64,000 nucleotides of DNA, from positions 32,001-96,000 of the forward strand of contig CAVULX010000003.1 in NCBI GenBank assembly GCA_963742415.1. Direction: 5' to 3'. The notes under the pieces were generated by a model. That model made no database searches. It saw nothing but the letters and a program-made list of their open reading frames with translations, and was not told where the DNA came from. The translations under genes and the position numbers were made by a program. Source of the DNA: an uncultured Parachlamydiaceae bacterium. GTDB taxonomy: Bacteria > Chlamydiota > Chlamydiia > Chlamydiales > Parachlamydiaceae. Shown here piece by piece: positions 10,208 to 19,136 of the stretch (positions within the stretch are counted from its first letter, which is position 1; each line of letters begins with the position of its first letter).

Positions 10208-10525
10208 TTGTTGAAATTGCAAAGTCAGCAAGAAGACTCTTATGAAGATTTTTTGGATCGCCATTTTCAACTTAGTGTCTCGCTTTACGCAGATGGTGTC
10301 ATTGGCCTTGGCGCTTCGGATGAGAAGCTTCTTTTTGCGTTAGGCTTGAAAAGACAGAGGCTTCGAAGCGGTTCAACTATTCGAGATGTTTCCAAGAGAT
10401 TAAGATCTAAATCGCCTAACGCTTATGCACGCTATGAAAGAGCTTTAGCAAGACCAAGCATCGAGAAATATGCTCAGCTTTTACACGCAGCAAACCCAAA
10501 TAGAAGACCACTATTGGTAAGCTAA
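10208..10525 (+). CDS. XRE-type HTH protein fragment (possible antitoxin remnant)
   Basis: LKRQRLRSG.TIRDVSKRL..KS.NAYARYER...RPSIEK; TTG start without clear RBS. Confidence 0.5.
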   Translation: MLKLQSQQEDSYEDFLDRHFQLSVSLYADGVIGLGASDEKLLFALGLKRQRLRSGSTIRDVSKRLRSKSPNAYARYERALARPSIEKYAQLLHAANPNRRPLLVS

Positions 10526-10588
10526 GGAAAATCACTTGGGCTCAGTTGAGTTAATAGCCTGAGCTAAGAGTTTGTTTTGCAAATGGGG

Positions 10589-10700
10589 TTGGGACAATAG
10601 GGACTTAAGCGACCTTAGGGACATTGGAGACAGGGACAAATAATCTAAATTGTCCCTGTCTCCAATGTCCCTAAGGTCGCTTAAGTCCCTATTGTCCCAA
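10589..10700. repeat. Perfect 51-bp inverted repeat (10-nt loop) built from ~9-bp GGGAC units
   Basis: 10589-10639 is the exact reverse complement of 10650-10700. Confidence 0.95.
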
Positions 10701-10752
10701 GTTTAATTTAGTTATTTGCAACTTACAATAATTACATCTTGGAGAGGATATA

Positions 10753-11169
10753 ATGATGGATTATCAAAAGCTTAAGATAAAATCATACAAATATTGGGAT
10801 GTTTATTTGCATGAAAATCAATGTTATCTAGGGCGTGTTTTTGTTCAGCTTAAAGACGATAAGGACGTGGAAGATTTTTTAGATATTCAAGGGGAGGTGC
10901 GCAACGAGTTTTTTGAGATTGGGGAAGAGATCAAAAAGGCTCTCAAAACACTTTTTAAACCTGACAGGATGAATTATGCAGCGTTGAGCAACACATCGCA
11001 CGTCATTCATATGCATCTTGTGCCTCGTTATAAAGAAACTCGGGAATTTGACGGCATGACCTTTAAGGATGCTCGGTGGGGACAAAATTATGCTCCTTAT
11101 GATCGTTCTTTTGTCCTTGACGAATCGATGCTATTTAAAATTAGGGATGCTTTGAAAAAGCAGCTATGA
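10753..11169 (+). CDS. HIT-family hydrolase
   Basis: FKPDRMNYAALSN..HVIHMHLVPRY histidine-triad-like motif. Confidence 0.85.
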   Translation: MMDYQKLKIKSYKYWDVYLHENQCYLGRVFVQLKDDKDVEDFLDIQGEVRNEFFEIGEEIKKALKTLFKPDRMNYAALSNTSHVIHMHLVPRYKETREFDGMTFKDARWGQNYAPYDRSFVLDESMLFKIRDALKKQL

Positions 11170-11205
11170 CAAACTGGGCCTAATCAACCGAAGGACAAAA
11201 ATCGG

Positions 11206-11886
11206 ATGCGCGGTAAAGATAAAAGACTTTTGCGGGTTTGTTTTTTTCTTTTAACTCTTTTCTATTTTAACTGTGCCTTTGGTTCTAAAACTGATACGGA
11301 ATATTGGCAGTATATCAATTGGAAGAATTGGGAGCATGGTCCTTATAAACTATATACGATAGGAGAAATACGTTTAAATAAGGATATCTCAAGAGTCTAT
11401 TATTATAGAATTACGGAAAACTTTTCTTTTCAAGCTTTTCCCGGACTAGATTTAGAAGCGCATTATAGCTACATCACTAATAAATCAAAAGGGGCTACGC
11501 AGTTCAAACACACGAGCCGCTTGGAACTGGAAGTTAATCCCACGCTTAACTTCGATAATGGGATCTCGGCCACATGGAGAAATCGTTTAGAACTATTAAA
11601 GAAACAACGCGTTTCCCATATCCAGTTTGTTGTAAGGCACCGCGCTTTGCTATCTTTTCCAATAGAGAACTGGGGTTGTTTAACTTCTATTAAAACTTAT
11701 GATGAGGTCTTTTATGACTTCGATACAAACAAATTTACTCAGAACCGTTTTGTTCCTTTCCAGCTCTCTTTTGTTCTGCATCGAGATCTAACGATTAATA
11801 TGTTTCTTATGTTGCGCAACTTCTTCAGTTTTAGTACGAGCAAATGGAATCGAAGCATCGTTTTGGGAACTGAAGTGCAATTTTAA
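11206..11886 (+). CDS. Putative outer-membrane beta-barrel (DUF2490-like)
   Basis: Signal peptide, RNRLE, YDEVFYDF, FTQNRF, C-terminal Phe. Confidence 0.65.
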   Translation: MRGKDKRLLRVCFFLLTLFYFNCAFGSKTDTEYWQYINWKNWEHGPYKLYTIGEIRLNKDISRVYYYRITENFSFQAFPGLDLEAHYSYITNKSKGATQFKHTSRLELEVNPTLNFDNGISATWRNRLELLKKQRVSHIQFVVRHRALLSFPIENWGCLTSIKTYDEVFYDFDTNKFTQNRFVPFQLSFVLHRDLTINMFLMLRNFFSFSTSKWNRSIVLGTEVQF

Positions 11887-11932
11887 TTCGACATGTGCGA
11901 GAGGCCCATTAAAGCCTCCCGCCATCCGTAAA

Positions 11933-13636
11933 CTACTGCCCTTCATGCGACTTCATCATCTCATCGATCTTTGCTTTGATTGCTGACAGATTAAATGATG
12001 CTGGTGCTTGCATTGGCGGATAGTCAATCGCTGTCTGAGCTAGTTGTCCAACTACTTTCTGGACAGTGACAAAACGCCAAAACTCCCGGGCATAAAAATC
12101 ATTCATGTATCCTCCCCCCATGTCATTCAGGCTCTGCCCGCGACTACCGGGAGTTCTCTCGAAAGGATCTTGTCGTATATTCACAATCGTAGGCATATCA
12201 GTCGTTAACTTTTCTCCCGGCCAGCCCCATGGCTGCTGGAAGAACTGAAACTTAAAGTCATCGATCCGGATAGCTCCAAGGTGGGGTCCGCCGAAATAGA
12301 AAATTTCATGCCGTGCCGAAGGGGCTTTGCTTAACAGCAGATCCAGCTGATTGTAGCCATCCAGGTGATTTTTGTAGGTACGCTCTCCTAGTTTTACCCC
12401 TTTGAGCAGTTGATTCGTGATATCGGAATTTCCTGCAGCGGCTAAGAGGGTTGGGAACCAATCGAGGCCGGAAAAGATCCCATTCTCAACGGCACCGGCT
12501 TTGATATGACCTGGCCATCGGGCAATGCATGGAACCCGGAATCCCCCTTCAAACACCGTTCCTTTAGTGGCTTTAAATGGAGTCATACCGCCATCTGGCC
12601 ATGTGAATACTTCTGCGCCGTTGTCGGTGGTAAAGATCACAATGGTGTTATCAGCCTCGCCCATCTCCTCTAAGTGTTGCAAGAGTTTGCCGATGCAATC
12701 ATCCATTTGAGCCATCCCTGCCTCTTCTACATTATAATTGGATTTAGAATTCATCATTGCCTGGTACTTAGGTGAAAGATAGGTGAAGACGTGCATGCGA
12801 GTCGTGTTGTGCCAGATGAAGAATGGTTTGCCGTCGGCCTTTGCTTTATCCATGAAGTCGATAGAACTCTTAACAAGGACTTCATCAAAGGTCTCCATGT
12901 CATACTTGGCCTTGCGGCTCACCTGCCAATTCTGCATATCTTTCATTTCTGGGAATGGGGCTAAAGGACCTTCATCTACAATTTTCTGTTTGCCGATCCT
13001 ACCCCATCGCGACTGTTCTGTTGGGTCGTCGACATTAGTTGCCCAGCAATGGACTAGATTGCGTGGACCAGTCTTATCAACCCAATCCTGTGGGTAATCG
13101 AACCAGTAGGGATCTGACATTGCATCTAGGTGATATAGATACCCGAAGAATTCGTCGAAACCGTGGACTGTCGGCAGATATTTATTTAAGTCTCCGAGGT
13201 GATTTTTACCGAATTGGCCAGTGGCGTAGCCTAATGTCTTTAGCGCAGTAGCTATCGTGCATGCTTGGTCCGGCAATCCTACGTCGGCTCCAGCTTGACC
13301 CACGGTGGTTAAGCCGGTTCGTACCGGAAGTTCGCCTGTAATAAAGTTAGCCCGCCCTGCGGTGCAACTCGCTTCGGCGTAATAGTCTGTAAATAACATC
13401 CCTTCGTTGGCAAGCTTATCGAGATTGGGCGTTTTGCCCGACATGATCCCCCGGTGATAGGCGCCAATATTAAACCAGCCCACATCGTCGCCCATGATCA
13501 CGAGGATGTTGGGTTTTTTATCATTAGACCCTTTCGACCCTTTAGGCTGATCAGCATTATTAGCCCCGAAAAGCGGCGTTGATGTGATGAGCAGAAAAAG
13601 AGAATATTGAAAAAAATTTCTTAATTTCATACACAT
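11933..13636 (-). CDS. Arylsulfatase (Cys-type)
   Basis: KPNILVIMGDDVG, SCTAGRANFITG (CxAxR), GYATGQFGKNHLG; signal peptide. Confidence 0.92.
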   Translation of the reverse strand: MCMKLRNFFQYSLFLLITSTPLFGANNADQPKGSKGSNDKKPNILVIMGDDVGWFNIGAYHRGIMSGKTPNLDKLANEGMLFTDYYAEASCTAGRANFITGELPVRTGLTTVGQAGADVGLPDQACTIATALKTLGYATGQFGKNHLGDLNKYLPTVHGFDEFFGYLYHLDAMSDPYWFDYPQDWVDKTGPRNLVHCWATNVDDPTEQSRWGRIGKQKIVDEGPLAPFPEMKDMQNWQVSRKAKYDMETFDEVLVKSSIDFMDKAKADGKPFFIWHNTTRMHVFTYLSPKYQAMMNSKSNYNVEEAGMAQMDDCIGKLLQHLEEMGEADNTIVIFTTDNGAEVFTWPDGGMTPFKATKGTVFEGGFRVPCIARWPGHIKAGAVENGIFSGLDWFPTLLAAAGNSDITNQLLKGVKLGERTYKNHLDGYNQLDLLLSKAPSARHEIFYFGGPHLGAIRIDDFKFQFFQQPWGWPGEKLTTDMPTIVNIRQDPFERTPGSRGQSLNDMGGGYMNDFYAREFWRFVTVQKVVGQLAQTAIDYPPMQAPASFNLSAIKAKIDEMMKSHEGQ

Positions 13637-13727
13637 CTCTCCTGGCTATTATCCTATTTATGTTCTTAATGACAGATAATCATATGGATGAGATTTAGTA
13701 AAGAAAAGATTTTCCTTCTAGTATAGA

Positions 13728-14612
13728 TTAATTTGGTCTTATTTGATTGAGCCAATAGGAGATAAAAAGCTTTTCAAAATCATACTTTTTTAGCTTCATA
13801 GCTTCATATTGCTCGTTCAAATAAGACTCTGTGACTGTTCTCCACTCCTCTACAATAAGGACGGGAAGATCTTTATATAGGGAGTCTAGAGTGGAAGCGC
13901 GAACAATAGGGATTGCCCCCAAGAGGAGTGCTTCCCATGTCCGATGGCAATCAAGACCGTTTCCTCTTGGGCTAAAAACGAATTTAGAACGGGAAAGGTC
14001 TTTAAGGTATCGTGAAAGTGCTTTATTTTTGGGGCCCACGCACCAAGGATGCTTAGAGAAAAGGCACCTTACATAAGTGCGCTCTTTAGGATAGGTCGCA
14101 TCATGAAAGTTTAAATAACCTAAAAAGGGGCGATCGTCATTTCTGGATAGGTGTAAATAGGTGGAAAAAACATCCATATTACCATGCTCATGACATTTGT
14201 TAGCGATTCCAATTGGAATAGGATGTAACTTTGGATGGGAATCATCTTCGACATTTTGTGCAAACCACGCTAGTATTTTAGGATCATCCAAATAGCTTTT
14301 GAAAGGACCTGGGGCGCCATGGTCGCTGTTATGTGTGAGCAAAATGTAAGGGACGGTAATTTGAGGATGATAATTTGAAAAGAAATCTTCGAGATATTCC
14401 CAATCAGTCTTGACGAATACAATATCCCCCAACTTAACATCTCCAGGGTTAAATCCAGACGTTGTTTCATCCAAAACGTGATCTGCATAGGCTCTAAAAG
14501 TATCGCCGCTGATGAATGGGGCCGCAGATCCCCTTTCTAGGGAAAAAAGGGTGTCTCTATTTCCAGAAAGGAGTAGTGCAAACGCAAAGAATATGAGACT
14601 GTGGTAAAGCAT
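13728..14612 (-). CDS. Exostosin/GT47-like glycosyltransferase with signal-like N-terminus
   Basis: SKFVFSPRGNGLDCHRTWEALLLGAIPIV, YKDLPVLIVEEW. Confidence 0.7.
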   Translation of the reverse strand: MLYHSLIFFAFALLLSGNRDTLFSLERGSAAPFISGDTFRAYADHVLDETTSGFNPGDVKLGDIVFVKTDWEYLEDFFSNYHPQITVPYILLTHNSDHGAPGPFKSYLDDPKILAWFAQNVEDDSHPKLHPIPIGIANKCHEHGNMDVFSTYLHLSRNDDRPFLGYLNFHDATYPKERTYVRCLFSKHPWCVGPKNKALSRYLKDLSRSKFVFSPRGNGLDCHRTWEALLLGAIPIVRASTLDSLYKDLPVLIVEEWRTVTESYLNEQYEAMKLKKYDFEKLFISYWLNQIRPN

Positions 14613-14635
14613 GATAAATTCTCCAAAAATTTTAC

Positions 14636-15580
14636 TTATTGTTGATTAGCGTGTCCAACTTGACTTTGCTTCATTTTATAAAACAGTGTGTGAATGGACT
14701 CGTGAATCGGGGGAATTTCGGGAAACTCGCCCAGCAGCTTGGTGACATCCAATTCGTTATTCGATCTTTTTGCTTTCAGTATTGTGTTTTGTTCTTCGAT
14801 CGAAAAGTTGGTCCAGGTGAACTCGTTGTCTATATATTTCTTGTAGAGTGTTAGGATCTCATTGTGAGAAATCGTTCCGGGGTTTGTAAAGTTGTAAGTC
14901 CCCGATAATCTTCTTAAAGCCATTTCGATCGAAATGGGTAAAAGGTCATCCAGAACCGTCATGGAGTTAGGAACATTGACAACTTTTTTATAACGTGTGA
15001 TTTTTGTAATGAAGTTTCTTGGATGAAGATCGCTGGAAAGGGGCATTCTTAAGCGTAAGTTGAGCACGTTCGGGTAACTCTTGAACAATTTGTCGAGCAT
15101 CCCTTTCGATTTTGAATAAAATGATCCTGCAAAGTTGGGCTCATCCTCCTCCTTAAATCCGATGCCGCTGCCGATGGGGTGGTTTTCATCATACTCATAG
15201 ATGCATCCGGTGCCAAAATTTGTGACATGAATTTGATGCAAATGGGCGACATCTGCCAAATTTAAAGCGCCGATAATATTGGATCTTATTGTTGCCTGCT
15301 GGTGATCTTCGCACCAATCCACATTGGGCGTCCCCGTGATCCCTGCTGCGTTAAAAATGAAATCGGGCTTGACCTCAAAAATTTCCCTTTCAACGGCCTC
15401 CCTATTTTCGAGCCTAGAGTTTGCTGCAAGGGCGATGTGATTTTTTTCCTGGATGAGTGTGATTAGTTTTTGCCCTATCCACCCCGTTTTTCCGCCGAAA
15501 ACCAAAAACACTTTAGATTCATCTGCGTTCAGTTGAAATGAAATGACTAGTAAGAAACAAAATAAAATAATGCGTTTCAT
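14636..15580 (-). CDS. NDP-4-keto-6-deoxyglucose 3,5-epimerase/4-reductase, plant UER1/RHM C-terminal type
   Basis: GGKTGWIG, AAGITGTPNVDWCE, GTGCIYEYD..HPIGSGIGFKEED.PNF.GSFYSK.K, NFITKITRY.KVVNVPNSMTVL, RSNNELD. Confidence 0.9.
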   Translation of the reverse strand: MKRIILFCFLLVISFQLNADESKVFLVFGGKTGWIGQKLITLIQEKNHIALAANSRLENREAVEREIFEVKPDFIFNAAGITGTPNVDWCEDHQQATIRSNIIGALNLADVAHLHQIHVTNFGTGCIYEYDENHPIGSGIGFKEEDEPNFAGSFYSKSKGMLDKLFKSYPNVLNLRLRMPLSSDLHPRNFITKITRYKKVVNVPNSMTVLDDLLPISIEMALRRLSGTYNFTNPGTISHNEILTLYKKYIDNEFTWTNFSIEEQNTILKAKRSNNELDVTKLLGEFPEIPPIHESIHTLFYKMKQSQVGHANQQ

Positions 15581-15587
15581 GGGGTTT

Positions 15588-16703
15588 CTACATTGAATTT
15601 GATGTTACTAATTCTTTTTGAGCTTTCTCGTTTTGATTGATTTTTTTCCAATAAGAGGAATTTTCGATGTACCATGATATGGTATTTTTCAGACCATCAG
15701 AAATGTCAATTTTCGGCTTCCAACCAATGAGATTGTAAATTTTATCGATGCTCCCAATATGGCACGCCACTTGCCCAGGCCTTTCGGTGGTAGATGTCAA
15801 ATGTGCTTCTTTATTTAAATTAAAATATTGAAGGATATGATTTGCAATATCTATGACGCTGACCGCTTTCCCAGTGCCTATATTAATTTCTTGATTTTTT
15901 ATTTCGGCGAAATTTTCCGCATGCAAGAGTCCATCTAAAGCTTCACAGACATCGTGAGTATGGATCCAATCCCTTTTTTGAGCCCCATTTCCATGGATCG
16001 TCAAAGGTTTTCCTTCGATGGCTGAAATGATAAAATGGGGTATCATTTTTTCCGGATGCTGTCTAGGACCGTAGTTGTTAAATGGCCTGACGATAACTGC
16101 AGGGACATCATATGTGCACCAATAGGCGTAAACCAATCGATCGGCAGCAGCCTTGGCCGCTGCATAAGGGGATCTAGGGTTTAGGGGATGGGTCTCATCC
16201 ATGGGTTCATATTGGGCCGTTCCATAAACTTCCGAAGTTGAAATATGGATAAAGCGCTCAATCTTTGATTTGTATTTGACTAGGGATGCCATCATAGCCC
16301 TCGTCCCCATCACATCTGTTTCGAAGAAAACATAGTCGTCTTCAATACTTCTTGCTACATGTGTTTCAGCAGCAAAATGAACGACATAATCAGCTTGAGC
16401 CATGAGCTGATCAACTAATTCTGCATTGATAACGGATCCATGGAAAAATTGATATCGATTTGATTGCTGGATGTAATCCGGAATGTTTTCCAAAAAACCT
16501 GCGTATGTTAACGCATCAAGCACGATGAAATTGTATTCGGGGTATTTTTCAAACATATAATGGAGAAAATTACTTCCAATGAATCCTGCAGCGCCTGTTA
16601 AAAAAACAGTTTTGGGATTTTCCCTACTTTCATCTGCAAAGGTTGTGTGGTTGCCATAAATAAAGAAAAAAAGTATGAGAATAGGAAATAAATACCTTTT
16701 CAT
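15588..16703 (-). CDS. rfbB: dTDP/UDP-glucose 4,6-dehydratase (RmlB-like) with signal-like N-terminus
   Basis: TGAAGFIGSNF, LDALTYAG, HFAAETHV, HISTSEVYG, PRSPYAAAKAA, NNYGPRQHPEK; GGAGAG RBS before 16703. Confidence 0.88.
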   Translation of the reverse strand: MKRYLFPILILFFFIYGNHTTFADESRENPKTVFLTGAAGFIGSNFLHYMFEKYPEYNFIVLDALTYAGFLENIPDYIQQSNRYQFFHGSVINAELVDQLMAQADYVVHFAAETHVARSIEDDYVFFETDVMGTRAMMASLVKYKSKIERFIHISTSEVYGTAQYEPMDETHPLNPRSPYAAAKAAADRLVYAYWCTYDVPAVIVRPFNNYGPRQHPEKMIPHFIISAIEGKPLTIHGNGAQKRDWIHTHDVCEALDGLLHAENFAEIKNQEINIGTGKAVSVIDIANHILQYFNLNKEAHLTSTTERPGQVACHIGSIDKIYNLIGWKPKIDISDGLKNTISWYIENSSYWKKINQNEKAQKELVTSNSM

Positions 16704-16922
16704 TAATTCTCTCCATTTTGTGTAAAAGTCGGGCGCGCAATCTAGCATGGTTCTAAAAAGTTGAGTTTTTTCAGTCAATAAAAAATAAATTTACCACGCA
16801 GTGAAATCCTTTTTCTTAGCTGTATGAATGACAGTAAAACCAAAAATTATTTGACAAGTAATCGCATCTTAAGACATTTCTTTCAGATACCTTTAAGCCC
16901 GTTCAATTGACAGGAGAAAATA

Positions 16923-17873
16923 ATGAATTATAGAATCCTTCAAATTATTTTTATCTTCTCCTTTTTTGCATTCGCTTCTGGTTTTTCTGAAAGCAAGGTT
17001 CTCATATTTACCTATAGCTATAACAGGGCCGACTTTATCGAAATCCAACATAAGACATTTAAAAAATTTCTTAAAGATGATTACGAATTTGTTGTTTTCA
17101 ACGACGCATCGAATCGAGCCAAAAACCGCCAAATTCATCGCAAGTGTGAAACACTTGGGATCCGATGTATTGACATCCCTCAGGAGATCCACAATCGGCC
17201 CTATCTTTACAGGGTACCTGGAGAGGATTACAATCACCCATCTGTAAGGAATTCAAACGTCGTGCAGTATTCTTTGGACCATTATGGATTCCAGCATGAT
17301 GGAATTGTTGCTTTATTTGATTCAGACCTGTTTCTAGTCAAAAATTTTAGCATTAAAGAATTTATGAAAGACTCTGCACTAGCGGGTGCGGCCCAATCAC
17401 GTTCTCGAAATGGCAAAACGGCGGATTATTTATGGATCGGTCTCGCCTTTTTAGACATGTCTAAAATGCCAGATAAAAGATCGATTAGCTTCAACTGCGG
17501 TAAAGTGAACGGCATTAATGTTGATGCAGGCGGCCACACATATTGGTATTTGCATAACCATCCGAAAGTACATGTGCGCTATTTTAATATGTTAATTTGG
17601 CCTTTTATACGATGTCCTTCGTGTGAGCAAGCGGATGTTTATCCCTGCCTGCACAGCGATGAAGAATTAAAAAAGCATGGATGCGACATTCACCAAATCA
17701 ATTTTATCCATTCCGGTCCAATGTATTGTGAATTTTTTCAAAAGGCCCACTTTTACCATTATAGGGCAGGCTCGAATTGGGATTATAAATCTAGCGAGTT
17801 CCACAAGCAAAAAACAAAAAGGTTATATGATTATATTGATTCGATCTTGAACTCACCAGAAGACGAATCATAA
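16923..17873 (+). CDS. Putative GT-A-fold glycosyltransferase-like secreted protein
   Basis: Signal peptide; YNRADFIEIQ, YEFVVFND, DxD-like FDSD; located in a glycan locus. Confidence 0.5.
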   Translation: MNYRILQIIFIFSFFAFASGFSESKVLIFTYSYNRADFIEIQHKTFKKFLKDDYEFVVFNDASNRAKNRQIHRKCETLGIRCIDIPQEIHNRPYLYRVPGEDYNHPSVRNSNVVQYSLDHYGFQHDGIVALFDSDLFLVKNFSIKEFMKDSALAGAAQSRSRNGKTADYLWIGLAFLDMSKMPDKRSISFNCGKVNGINVDAGGHTYWYLHNHPKVHVRYFNMLIWPFIRCPSCEQADVYPCLHSDEELKKHGCDIHQINFIHSGPMYCEFFQKAHFYHYRAGSNWDYKSSEFHKQKTKRLYDYIDSILNSPEDES

Positions 17874-17881
17874 CATAGAAC

Positions 17882-17911
17882 CAGATATCCCTGCGATTGC
17901 GGGGATATCTG
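17882..17911. terminator. Stem-loop between convergent genes
   Basis: CAGATATCCCTGC-GATT-GCGGGGATATCTG. Confidence 0.6.
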
Positions 17912-17919
17912 AATGGGAT

Positions 17920-18600
17920 CTAAGGGTTGTTAAAGTCGTAAATATGATATGTTCCAGGCATTGGGATAGCGCCATACTTGCCCGTCAGTGCTTTTGAAAC
18001 ATGACAATAATTAAAAGCGTGTGTGACTATCAAAACAGTTTGGTTTTGGAGATAGGATAAACTCTGTAAAAAATCATCTGTTCTACTATAAACTGAGTGA
18101 CCTGATTCCCCTTGGGAAGGCTTTCCTTCGAGCATATCTTCTTCCGAAGAATAACTTGCTTTATAGACATTATAATTTTCTCCATCCGCTGTTCCAAAAT
18201 TCTGCGTCGCCAACCGGGAATCAACGATCAATTCATTCGGCTGTAAATTCAAAGTTGCTCCTAACAAACTGATGGTTTCCTGAGTTCTAAATGCGGGTGA
18301 TGTGTAAATACGGGAAATATTTTGCTGCGATAAGACGGGTATTGCCTCTTGCAATTGTGTTAACCCTTCAGTGGTTAAAGCGTAGCCTGGGGAAATTGTA
18401 GAAGTTACAATATCAGCCACGTTATTTGAGCTTTGAAAATTGCATAACACGACTAATCGGAGTTGATTTTTAGATAGTGTGTTAACCAATTTAGAATCTT
18501 GGGCAAAAAAATGATCTCCATTTTCATCTCCGTCTCCATTTCCGTAAATCATGGAAGAAAAAGAGACTAACAAAAATAAGAAAAATTTCAAACTTTTCAT
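17920..18600 (-). CDS. Histidine-phosphatase (phosphoglycerate mutase) fold protein, secreted; catalytic RHG motif degenerate
   Basis: LTTEG..Q, IYTSPAFRTQET, DSRL..QNFG, GES, VLIVTHA; N-terminal motif reads LCNFQS. Confidence 0.7.
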   Translation of the reverse strand: MKSLKFFLFLLVSFSSMIYGNGDGDENGDHFFAQDSKLVNTLSKNQLRLVVLCNFQSSNNVADIVTSTISPGYALTTEGLTQLQEAIPVLSQQNISRIYTSPAFRTQETISLLGATLNLQPNELIVDSRLATQNFGTADGENYNVYKASYSSEEDMLEGKPSQGESGHSVYSRTDDFLQSLSYLQNQTVLIVTHAFNYCHVSKALTGKYGAIPMPGTYHIYDFNNP

Positions 18601-18708
18601 CCTATTCCTCTCCTGTAATAAATTGAAATATCAGCTTTTGCTTCGTATCGATAACAAGTAAGTTGTTTTAAGACAATAGGAACCTGAGTTTAGATAATGT
18701 GCTAGAGA

Positions 18709-18924
18709 CTAGCTTTTTGGATGGAAGGTATGATTGAATAAATTTATGATGGGCAAACTTGCATTGGAATCTATGCTTTTGACTTTCACGCTTTTGCCAT
18801 TCAGTTTGCCTGTAGAATTAAAACCTTCTTTTGCATCAAGTGCATCTAAATGATTTTGATAATACTTGTAGTGCTCATTTCTTTTTTTTCTTTTTAATAA
18901 ATCTTCAAAAGTAAGAGGATCCAT
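18709..18924 (-). CDS. Small hypothetical protein
   Basis: 71-aa ATG ORF in an otherwise AT-rich gap; no recognisable motif. Confidence 0.35.
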   Translation of the reverse strand: MDPLTFEDLLKRKKRNEHYKYYQNHLDALDAKEGFNSTGKLNGKSVKVKSIDSNASLPIINLFNHTFHPKS

Positions 18925-19136
18925 AATAAACCATAAAATAAATTTATTCTAATCTAATTATACCAGTTTTCATAATTTTATTCAATAAAAATATAAAATT
19001 CTAAGTTTACACCTATTTTATTCAAAATTTCTTGTTAGGATTTAATATTTAACTCTATGGTAGGAACAATTCATACTCCTAGGGAGGCCATATCGATGCC
19101 AACTGATCGAATTTCCATTAATTTAGGTGAGCCCCT

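Noticed and set aside
19030-19136. Possible riboswitch in the MFS leader
   Set aside because: No recognisable conserved aptamer or terminator; an Rfam/Infernal scan would be needed
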